The notes below the pieces were generated by a model. That model saw nothing but the letters and a program-made list of their open reading frames with translations. It was not told where the DNA came from and searched no databases. The position numbers and the translations under genes are program-made. This document shows positions 27,233 to 34,568 of a stretch of 64,000 nt of DNA, piece by piece. Source of the DNA: an uncultured virus (IMG/VR IMGVR_UViG_3300025751_003710) (taxonomy: Duplodnaviria; Heunggongvirae; Uroviricota; Caudoviricetes); IMG/VR virus record IMGVR_UViG_3300025751_003710; one strand, 5' to 3'. Numbering within the stretch: the first letter of the stretch is position 1; every line of letters starts with the position of its first letter.

Positions 27233-27289
27233 GTGCCACATGTTCTAGTGGCACAGTCAATGAGCACAGTGCTCAAAATCGTGTATTGT
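27233..27289 (+). promoter_or_regulatory. Dyad-motif early promoter, copy 9
   Basis: ctGTGCCA-N10-TGGCACag perfect dyad, 29 nt, TATTGT. Confidence 0.7.
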
Positions 27290-27312
27290 ATCAACAGTTG
27301 AGAAATTCAATC

Positions 27313-27447
27313 ATGTTTGACGAACTTTGGAGTGAGATTCAGGATGCCCCTGGTGAGATTTTCGATGTGATCGAATACAAGGAAGAATGGGAGAAAGATG
27401 ACAAGTTTGACGTAGAATCTTACATCAAAGGTAACACCGACTATTGA
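27313..27447 (+). CDS. Small acidic protein (MFDELWSEIQD...)
   Basis: Start moved downstream of the promoter. Confidence 0.65.
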   Translation: MFDELWSEIQDAPGEIFDVIEYKEEWEKDDKFDVESYIKGNTDY

Positions 27448-27449
27448 TC

Positions 27450-27605
27450 ATGGATCGCCTCGAAATGCTCATGGCAAGGGAACAATTAATGGAGGACATT
27501 GATTGTATCATCACTGATTACTTTGCACAGTTTGATGTCAATTATGACGAAGAACTTGTGAAGATTTTATGTGATGCTGTCTGCCGTAATTTCCCCACTA
27601 AGTGA
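27450..27605 (+). CDS. Small hypothetical protein (51 aa)
   Basis: Manually translated MDRLEMLMAREQLMEDID... Confidence 0.65.
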   Translation: MDRLEMLMAREQLMEDIDCIITDYFAQFDVNYDEELVKILCDAVCRNFPTK

Positions 27606-27624
27606 TACAAACTGGTCGGCTGCC

Positions 27625-27681
27625 CGACCAGTTGGCAAGGTGGCACACGAAATAGGCACAGCGCCCCAGATCGTGTATTGT
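27625..27681 (+). promoter_or_regulatory. Dyad-motif early promoter, copy 10
   Basis: cgacca-N10-tggcac, 29 nt, TATTGT; shares atcgtgtattgt with copy 9. Confidence 0.65.
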
Positions 27682-27687
27682 GTACAC

Positions 27688-27867
27688 ATGAACAAAACAC
27701 AACTCTTTTCTGACTCTAACCTCTCCGAACTGCAGGGGTTCATGTTTGACACTATGGCATCATCTGAAATGGCAGTCGATTGGTTCTGCGAACGTTTCGA
27801 CGTAAGTGCAACTGACGAGGTCATCGATTTCGTGCTTGATGCACACTTTGCTTTCTTCGGTGAGTGA
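27688..27867 (+). CDS. Small hypothetical protein
   Basis: Start moved to MNKTQLF. Confidence 0.6.
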   Translation: MNKTQLFSDSNLSELQGFMFDTMASSEMAVDWFCERFDVSATDEVIDFVLDAHFAFFGE

Positions 27868-27868
27868 T

Positions 27869-28021
27869 ATGAACTACGACGAAATTCTCAAAATCTGGAA
27901 TAACGAAACACCAGATGATTTCGCTATCTTCAGTGAGTTCTACTATCAAATGTTTGGGGAGGATTTTGATATCCCCTACACAACAGATTCAACCCGTTCC
28001 TCATTCTTCCCCTACGACTAA
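27869..28021 (+). CDS. Small acidic hypothetical protein
   Basis: Start moved to MNYDEIL. Confidence 0.6.
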   Translation: MNYDEILKIWNNETPDDFAIFSEFYYQMFGEDFDIPYTTDSTRSSFFPYD

Positions 28022-28221
28022 TGACTGAGACTAAGTTCAACATCTACGGTGAAATGTTTCACTCTAATGGTTACTCTCGCTTTGACGTTCTGAGTTACAT
28101 TGCACCCACACAACAGGAAGCAATTGCTAACTGTAAGCGCAACAATCCTGGGTTTCATGTTATGTCATGCTGGGTTGATGAGAGTGAACCTGAGGTAGTG
28201 AGATTGCAACCCCTTAGGTAA
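28021..28221 (+). CDS. Hypothetical protein
   Basis: ORF track. Confidence 0.65.
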   Translation: MTETKFNIYGEMFHSNGYSRFDVLSYIAPTQQEAIANCKRNNPGFHVMSCWVDESEPEVVRLQPLR

Positions 28222-28276
28222 CACTAACCGTTCCGATTCTCAATATACATTTTTTATTGAGAATCGCGGCCGCCTG

Positions 28277-28333
28277 TGTGCGGTCGGGGAAGTGGCACAC
28301 AAAAGACGCACGCTCCCCCAGACCGACTATATT
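28277..28333 (+). promoter_or_regulatory. Dyad-motif early promoter, copy 11
   Basis: tgtgcg-N10-tggcac, 29 nt, TATATT. Confidence 0.6.
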
Positions 28334-28358
28334 GAACTAGTTCAAACGAAACGACCTC

Positions 28359-28721
28359 ATGCGTAAGATCGAATCTGAAATGATTGCCGCCATCAAAGGT
28401 AACACTGACTGGAAATCTGCAAACACTGAGGTTATTCACACTTGCGACAATGTCAACCCTCCCGTGTCCCATGTATATCTTCACGGATCTAAGATTGCTG
28501 AGGTTGGTGATGACTTCCTGAAACTATTTGACGGTGGTCGTCAATCAATGACCACAAAGTCACGTCTAAATGCACTTCTTTCTGAGTTTGGTTACACTTG
28601 CGGAACCAAGCAAGAGTACATTTTCCAGAAGCAATGTGAGTGGTTCATTCAAATGTTCGACCTGACTGAAAAGGCAATGCGGACTATTCCTTTCACCAAC
28701 GGAATGCGCCTTGCTGGATGA
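28359..28721 (+). CDS. Hypothetical early protein (MRKIE...TTKSRLNAL)
   Basis: ORF downstream of promoter. Confidence 0.8.
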   Translation: MRKIESEMIAAIKGNTDWKSANTEVIHTCDNVNPPVSHVYLHGSKIAEVGDDFLKLFDGGRQSMTTKSRLNALLSEFGYTCGTKQEYIFQKQCEWFIQMFDLTEKAMRTIPFTNGMRLAG

Positions 28722-28726
28722 CACTT

Positions 28727-28769
28727 AGAGGGGATTAATCCTCCCCTCTTTCTTTATACCTTTTTTTTC
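28727..28769 (+). terminator. Probable terminator hairpin
   Basis: agagggga...tcccctct followed by a T-rich tract. Confidence 0.55.
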
Positions 28770-28772
28770 AAA

Positions 28773-28925
28773 ATGACCCGCAATGTTCTCATTTCGCTCC
28801 TCCGCCAGGGTTCTACGGGTAGCGAAATTCTCCGAATTCTTGACACTATTGTTTTGGGGGATAGTGATGACAAACCTGGTCAGCGTCCTAGTTACGTCCC
28901 AACCCTCACCCCCATCGACTTCTAA
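28773..28925 (+). CDS. Small hypothetical protein (50 aa)
   Basis: Manually translated MTRNVLISLLRQG... Confidence 0.6.
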   Translation: MTRNVLISLLRQGSTGSEILRILDTIVLGDSDDKPGQRPSYVPTLTPIDF

Positions 28926-28983
28926 TCCAGTCGCCACACTGGCACAACCCTAGGGGCAGATCTGCCAGGGCATCGACTAGGAT
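28924..28983 (+). promoter_or_regulatory. Dyad-motif early promoter, copy 12
   Basis: aatcca-N10-tggcac, 32 nt (containing ggcagatctgcc palindrome), TAGGAT. Confidence 0.5.
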
Positions 28984-29009
28984 ACACTCAAGCAAACGAA
29001 CCAAACCCC

Positions 29010-29246
29010 ATGAACGGATTTGCCAACTACGAAACCTGGAATGCATCCCTCTGGATTCAGAACGACCGCTTCCTGTACAACACCGCTAAGGCGTGTGTGA
29101 CGTACTGTGAGGCAGGCGACAACCCTTGGGCGATCTTCCAACGTTGCATGGACAACTGCGCTCGCACCATGACTGGTGATGACGTGGCATGGACCGACCC
29201 CGCCATCGACGCCGCTGAGATGAATGAGATGATGGCGGAACTCTGA
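29010..29246 (+). CDS. Hypothetical early protein (NG.ANYETWN..LWI.ND)
   Basis: ORF track. Confidence 0.8.
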   Translation: MNGFANYETWNASLWIQNDRFLYNTAKACVTYCEAGDNPWAIFQRCMDNCARTMTGDDVAWTDPAIDAAEMNEMMAEL

Positions 29247-29296
29247 GGGGATCCGCCCCCCATCCGTGCTACAATAGCACCAAGCGCAACCCCCCC

Positions 29297-29503
29297 ATGA
29301 TCAACACCTGCCTCGTCTTCGCCACCCCCCAGAGCAGCGCCTCTGAGGAGATCCGCCTCTATCCCTTCCGCCGCCATGCCATGGTTTTCTGGCAGTCGGG
29401 TCACTACAGCGCCCACACCGTGCGCCGCCGCGACATGCTCCGCTTGCTGCTGAATCCGAAGCAAAGCGCGGGCGCATGGATCAACGATTACGCCCTCGCC
29501 TGA
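29297..29503 (+). CDS. Hypothetical protein
   Basis: Preceded by TGcTACAAT and a leader shared with the next gene. Confidence 0.65.
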   Translation: MINTCLVFATPQSSASEEIRLYPFRRHAMVFWQSGHYSAHTVRRRDMLRLLLNPKQSAGAWINDYALA

Positions 29504-29556
29504 GGGTTGCGTTAACGCCCCAGATCCTGTACAATACCACCAAGCGCACCGATCCA

Positions 29557-29739
29557 ATGAACACCGCAACAATCGACGGCATTCAATTCAAGGTCACCCG
29601 CCTGCCCGTTGCTCATGGCAGCAAAGCGAACCGCTGGACCTCCCGCATCAAAGGCGGATCCTCCCGCGTTCGCACTGGGGCAGGTTCCCGCTCCGTGCAC
29701 CAGAGCACCAAGGCAAGCGCCCTGGCAGACGTGCGCTGA
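29557..29739 (+). CDS. Small basic hypothetical protein
   Basis: Start moved to MNTATIDG; preceded by TACAAT. Confidence 0.6.
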   Translation: MNTATIDGIQFKVTRLPVAHGSKANRWTSRIKGGSSRVRTGAGSRSVHQSTKASALADVR

Positions 29740-29957
29740 CGCCATTCGTTCGTGACCACAGCAGTGCCCCCTAGGGGGTGCCGTCGTGGCGCGGGGCGCG
29801 TGGCTAAAAACCAATGGATCCCCTAATCTATAAAGTGTTACCCAAGCGAGAACAATGTTACAGCGAAAGTCAAAATTTTTTTCGCACAAAAAATTCGCCC
29901 ATAGGGTTGCATCAAGTATTCTCAAATACTATATAAAATATTAAAGCGATTGATAGT

Positions 29958-30134
29958 ATGAAAAAAAATAGGGAGAATGAAACAACTACTGTTAGTGTGG
30001 ATCCTGTTACTGGAGATTATTTAATGGTACTTCCCGAATGGATTTTAAATGAATTTGGATGGTATGAAGATACTGTTTTAGATTTAAAAGTCGAGGGTAA
30101 TGAGATCGTAATATCCGAATATAGCGGGGATTGA
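29958..30134 (+). CDS. Small AbrB/MazE-like protein (58 aa)
   Basis: Manually translated: ...YLMVLPEWILNEFGWYEDTVLDLKVEGNEIVI, a swapped-hairpin pattern. Confidence 0.55.
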   Translation: MKKNRENETTTVSVDPVTGDYLMVLPEWILNEFGWYEDTVLDLKVEGNEIVISEYSGD

Positions 30135-30159
30135 CACTTATACATAATTACTGTATGAT
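30131..30159 (+). promoter_or_regulatory. sigma70-like promoter
   Basis: TTGACA-17-TATGAT. Confidence 0.7.
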
Positions 30160-30182
30160 ACTGACGTAAAATTATTTCCATT

Positions 30183-30944
30183 ATGGCTAAAGGATTTACT
30201 GTAAAAGCAAAAGCACCTACGAAATCATCTCCTACAGAACCAGAGTATGATTACGAGAAAGCAAAAGAAATGTTAAAGGGCAAATCAATTGTGTTTTGCC
30301 TGCCAGGTAGAGGAGTTTCTTACACATATCTGAAAAACTTTGTACAGATGTGTTTTGATCTTGTGCAGATTGGAGCAAGTATTCAAATCTCACAAGATTA
30401 TAGTTCCATGGTAAACTTTGCACGATGTAAGTGTCTTGGTGCAAATGTACTACGTGGTCCAGATCAATTGCCTTGGGATGGAAAACTGAATTATGATTAT
30501 CAATTGTGGATTGATAGTGATATTGTTTTCAACACTCAAAAACTTCTCCAACTTGTTTTGATGGATAAGGACATTGCAAGTGGATGGTACTGTACAGAAG
30601 ATGGTCACACAACTTCTGTTGCACACTGGATGGAAGAGGATGATTTCCGAAGCAATGGTGGAGTGATGAATCACGAAACTCTTGAAAGTATTCAGAAACG
30701 TAAGAAACCATTTACTGTTGACTATGCAGGATTCGGATGGCTTTTGATCAAGAATGGTGTATTTGAACATGAGGATATGAAGTATCCTTGGTTTGCACCT
30801 AAGATGCAAGTTTTTGAATCTGGTGAGGTTCAGGATATGTGTGGAGAAGACGTATCTTTCTGTTTAGATGCAAAGGAAGCAGGCTTTGAAATCTGGTGTG
30901 ATCCAAACATCAGAGTTGGTCACGAAAAAACAAGGGTTATTTGA
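30183..30944 (+). CDS. Glycosyltransferase-like (GT-A fold) protein
   Basis: LWIDSDIVF (DxD), GFGWLLI, GEDVSFC, VGH.K. Confidence 0.7.
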   Translation: MAKGFTVKAKAPTKSSPTEPEYDYEKAKEMLKGKSIVFCLPGRGVSYTYLKNFVQMCFDLVQIGASIQISQDYSSMVNFARCKCLGANVLRGPDQLPWDGKLNYDYQLWIDSDIVFNTQKLLQLVLMDKDIASGWYCTEDGHTTSVAHWMEEDDFRSNGGVMNHETLESIQKRKKPFTVDYAGFGWLLIKNGVFEHEDMKYPWFAPKMQVFESGEVQDMCGEDVSFCLDAKEAGFEIWCDPNIRVGHEKTRVI

Positions 30945-31109
30945 ATGGCTAACGAGAGATATAACATTCTCAAAAAAGGTAAAGTAATTCACTCAGACCT
31001 TTCAGAGGAAGAGTATTTCGATATCATGGAGGATTATGCTCAACAATTTTATGAGCATAACTCTCCAAATCCAAACGAACTAAAGACTGAATTTATTAAA
31101 GGAGACTAA
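30945..31109 (+). CDS. Small hypothetical protein (54 aa)
   Basis: Manually translated. Confidence 0.65.
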   Translation: MANERYNILKKGKVIHSDLSEEEYFDIMEDYAQQFYEHNSPNPNELKTEFIKGD

Positions 31110-31114
31110 TCATT

Positions 31115-31249
31115 ATGGCAATGCGTAAAGGTGGCGGTTATGTTGAAGGGCGTCCCAAAAAATCTCGGCAAGGGAGTGGGCAGCACACCAAGTTGAGCGC
31201 AACGTCTCGTAATGGGCGTAAGAAGCGTTATCGCGGTCAAGGTCGTTGA
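31115..31249 (+). CDS. Small highly basic protein (44 aa, ends KRYRGQGR)
   Basis: Manually translated; AAGGAG RBS. Confidence 0.7.
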   Translation: MAMRKGGGYVEGRPKKSRQGSGQHTKLSATSRNGRKKRYRGQGR

Positions 31250-31277
31250 TACATACTTATAGTTTTGTAACTATTCA

Positions 31278-32003
31278 ATGGCATGTTTGATTGCTAATCT
31301 TCCATCAATGGAGGTATGGGTTAGAAAAGAATATCTAACAGATCATCAAAGTGGACATGGCGAATTTGTAAAGGGCGTCTGGGTTTCGGTTAAATCGATT
31401 CCTGGGCGTGCTTTTTATTTTGAGACATATTTACCAGAATATGCCGCAATGTACGACAAATTGCCTATCAGCGCCTTTGTCTCGGATCCTGAAACACCTT
31501 CTCCTGATATGTCCCTCCCAAACCTACAGTTTTGGAACTGTATGGATTATGGAGTAGTATCAGTTGATAAAAAATTCATTGGTTCTATGGATTTTGAGTG
31601 CTATACACGTGATCATGGCATCATAAAAGGCACTTATATTTGTACAATTGATAATTATCACCATGATCCAGACTATGTTGACTGGGCAACGAGTGAAAAT
31701 CCTGCCGAACACAAGTCACACAATCTCATTGAACTTGAAAATGGGCAGTATGCACTATATCCAAACAACAGATTGCGTATTTTTGACAATAGTCTGACTC
31801 CAGTAAACCCTAAAATGCCTGATTTTAAGGTTTCAACGCAATATTATAGTGTTGAAAACGGTTTTGATCGCCTTGGAATGGGGCGTGAGGATGAATATTT
31901 CTGGAAAACGGCAAAAGAGCGTGAAAAACAAGAAGAAAAACAAGAAGAAAAACCTGAAGAAATGTACAAATCTCAAGATGGTCGTCCTTTAGATCCACAA
32001 TAA
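31278..32003 (+). CDS. Hypothetical protein
   Basis: 241-aa ORF. Confidence 0.8.
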   Translation: MACLIANLPSMEVWVRKEYLTDHQSGHGEFVKGVWVSVKSIPGRAFYFETYLPEYAAMYDKLPISAFVSDPETPSPDMSLPNLQFWNCMDYGVVSVDKKFIGSMDFECYTRDHGIIKGTYICTIDNYHHDPDYVDWATSENPAEHKSHNLIELENGQYALYPNNRLRIFDNSLTPVNPKMPDFKVSTQYYSVENGFDRLGMGREDEYFWKTAKEREKQEEKQEEKPEEMYKSQDGRPLDPQ

Positions 32004-32065
32004 ATATCAAATAGGGATAGTAACCCCTCAAAAAGTTCCTTTTTTTTACAAAAAACAGGAGAAAA

Positions 32066-32248
32066 ATGGGAAATTCACCCGTAGACAGAGACAAAGACTA
32101 CATGTACCAAATGTGGGGAACAACTAGTTTGATTACAGATTATTGGTGTAAACCGCAAAAAACCAGTGATTGTGCCGAAGAATACTGTATTCAAGAAGTA
32201 ATGCATGATAATGCAACAATCAAAAAAGAAAATTTACTTGAAGAGTGA
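32066..32248 (+). CDS. Hypothetical protein
   Basis: AGGAG RBS; TAAATA at 32001. Confidence 0.65.
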   Translation: MGNSPVDRDKDYMYQMWGTTSLITDYWCKPQKTSDCAEEYCIQEVMHDNATIKKENLLEE

Positions 32249-32283
32249 TATAAATAAAAAAAAGCGTGTGATCTAACAGGTTA

Positions 32284-32682
32284 ATGCCAACAGAACGAAT
32301 ATCAACAACATTTAAAGATATTGATTTATCTTTTGATATGCATCCAGTTACAAAAGATATTTCTGTGCTGTTGAATGAAACTGCGATCAAACGATCAATA
32401 AAAAACATCATACAAACTGTTCCGAATGAGAGGTTTTTTAATCTTTCATTCGGTTCAGATGTTAAACCAACATTATTTGAATTTATTGATTTTGGTACTG
32501 CTGCATTATTACAAGAATATATTAAGGTTGCTATCTCAAATTATGAACCCAGAGTTGAAGATACGCAGGTTGACGTGAAACCAGAACCAGATAATAATGC
32601 ATTTGAAATAAATGTATATTTTACTATTGTTGGTCAAACAGAAGAACAACAATTCTCATACCTTTTAGAGGCAACAAGATAA
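32284..32682 (+). CDS. gp25: Baseplate wedge subunit gp25
   Basis: FKDIDLSF, ERFF..FGS, YEPRV; TAAATA at 32251. Confidence 0.9.
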   Translation: MPTERISTTFKDIDLSFDMHPVTKDISVLLNETAIKRSIKNIIQTVPNERFFNLSFGSDVKPTLFEFIDFGTAALLQEYIKVAISNYEPRVEDTQVDVKPEPDNNAFEINVYFTIVGQTEEQQFSYLLEATR

Positions 32683-32686
32683 AAAA

Positions 32687-34567
32687 ATGCCTTTTACAAA
32701 GTTTGCAAATCTAGATTTCGACCAAATAAAGGTCTCACTAAAAGATTACTTAAGATCAAATTCTAATTTTACAGATTTTGATTTTGAAGGATCTAATCTA
32801 TCCATACTAGTTGATGTATTAGCATATAATACATACATCACAGCATTTAATGCTAATATGATTGCTAATGAATCTTTTTTAGATTCAGCAACAGTTAGAG
32901 AAAATGTTGTTTCATTAGCAAGAAATGTTGGTTACGTTCCAAGATCAAAAACAGCAGCAAAAGCAACAATATCATTTGATGTTGATTTTGAATCTAATGT
33001 AACAGCACCAACTCAAGTTGTTTTAAAATCTGGACTAGTATGTGTAGGGGCAGCAGAAAATACCTCATATACTTTTTCAATTCCAGATAATCTAGTTGCA
33101 ACAGTACCTCAGGGTGAATCAATAGCATCTTTTACAGATATTGATATATTTCAAGGAACCGTAGTTAAAAGGTCCTTTCCTAATATTGTACAAGAAACAC
33201 AAAAATTTATCTTAGATAACCCTAATATTGATACTAGTACAATAAGAGTTAAAGTTGATAATGTTACATACAATGTAGTAGATAATATTGTTGAAATTGA
33301 TAAAGATTCTAGAATATTTTTAATACAAGAAATTGAGAATAGTAGATATGAAGTAATATTTGGTGATGGTATTTTAGGTAAAAAATTAGATAATGGTAGT
33401 ACTGTAGAAATAAGTTATATTGTAACTGACGGTATTAATGGTAATGGTGCATCGCTATTTACATTTGCTGGTGTTTTAGCAAATAATTTGGATCAGTTAA
33501 TAACACCATTCACACCAATTTCAGTTACAACTGGTGCAAATGCCTCTGGTGGTGAAGAAATTGAGAGTTTAGATTCAATTAAATATTTTGCTCCAAGATT
33601 ATATTCTTCTCAATATAGAGCAGTAACATCTGTAGATTATGAATCTATAATTAAGTATGTTTATCCAAATACGGAAGCAGTTACTGTTATTGGTGGTGAA
33701 GTTTTATCTCCACCACAATTTGGTAATGTCTTTATAAGTATAAAACCAAAAGATTCTTATAGACTATCAGACTTTACTAAACAAGATATACTTAAAAAAA
33801 TAAAAAAATATGGTGTTATAGGAATTAACCACCACATTACAGATTTGAAAGTTCTTTACGTTGAGATTGATACTTCAGTTTACTATAATCCAAATAGAGT
33901 TTCAAATCCAAATTCCATAAAAGAAAAAATTATAACATCTCTTGACAAGTATGGAAAGTCTATACAATCTGCTAGTTCTTCTGGAAGATTTAGATATAGT
34001 AAAGCAGTTCAATTGATTGATAATGTTGATAATGCAATTACTTCAAATATAACTAAAGTTAAAATGAGAAGAAATTTGAATTGTGCACTGAATAATTTTG
34101 CACAATATGAACTGTGTTTTGGTAATGAATTTCATAAAGAAATTGGTAAGTACAATATAAAGAGTACAGGATTTACTATTGAAGGTGAAACTAGTACATG
34201 TTTCTTTATTGATGTTGCTGGTTCATCGGATATAGGTCAATTGGCAATCGTAAAACCATTAGAGCAATTGGATACATATGAAATTGTTAAAAAGTCTGTG
34301 GGGACGGTTGATTATAAAAAAGGTGAAATACTGATTAATACTTTAAAAATAACATCAACTCAACGTGCAAATGGAGTTGTTGAAATTCAAGCATATCCAG
34401 AGTCTAATGATGTTATAGGATTGAAAGATCTTTATGTTATTTTTGATATTAACACTCCTGCAAATAGCATAAATATGCTAAGAGATAGTATTGTTTCTGG
34501 TGAACAAGTGTCTGGAGTTGATTTTCCAATATCTTCAAGTTATTCAAACGGTAAAATAACGAGGTAA
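32687..34567 (+). CDS. gp6: Baseplate wedge subunit gp6
   Basis: LDFDQIK..FTDFDFEGS..LAYNT..ESFLDSA, FGDG..G, RAVT..DY. Confidence 0.92.
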   Translation: MPFTKFANLDFDQIKVSLKDYLRSNSNFTDFDFEGSNLSILVDVLAYNTYITAFNANMIANESFLDSATVRENVVSLARNVGYVPRSKTAAKATISFDVDFESNVTAPTQVVLKSGLVCVGAAENTSYTFSIPDNLVATVPQGESIASFTDIDIFQGTVVKRSFPNIVQETQKFILDNPNIDTSTIRVKVDNVTYNVVDNIVEIDKDSRIFLIQEIENSRYEVIFGDGILGKKLDNGSTVEISYIVTDGINGNGASLFTFAGVLANNLDQLITPFTPISVTTGANASGGEEIESLDSIKYFAPRLYSSQYRAVTSVDYESIIKYVYPNTEAVTVIGGEVLSPPQFGNVFISIKPKDSYRLSDFTKQDILKKIKKYGVIGINHHITDLKVLYVEIDTSVYYNPNRVSNPNSIKEKIITSLDKYGKSIQSASSSGRFRYSKAVQLIDNVDNAITSNITKVKMRRNLNCALNNFAQYELCFGNEFHKEIGKYNIKSTGFTIEGETSTCFFIDVAGSSDIGQLAIVKPLEQLDTYEIVKKSVGTVDYKKGEILINTLKITSTQRANGVVEIQAYPESNDVIGLKDLYVIFDINTPANSINMLRDSIVSGEQVSGVDFPISSSYSNGKITR

Positions 34568-34568
34568 T

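Noticed and set aside
26453..28945. TGGCAC read as sigma54 -24 elements
   Set aside because: No consistent TTGC at -12, cyanobacteria lack sigma54, and the hexamer is one arm of a dyad.
29057..29925. Minus-strand ORFs of 171 and 137 aa
   Set aside because: Expected by chance in GC-rich DNA; the + strand has promoters and coherent small genes.
31924..31961. 12-bp repeat encoding KQEE
   Set aside because: Short low-complexity tail; no sign of functional significance.
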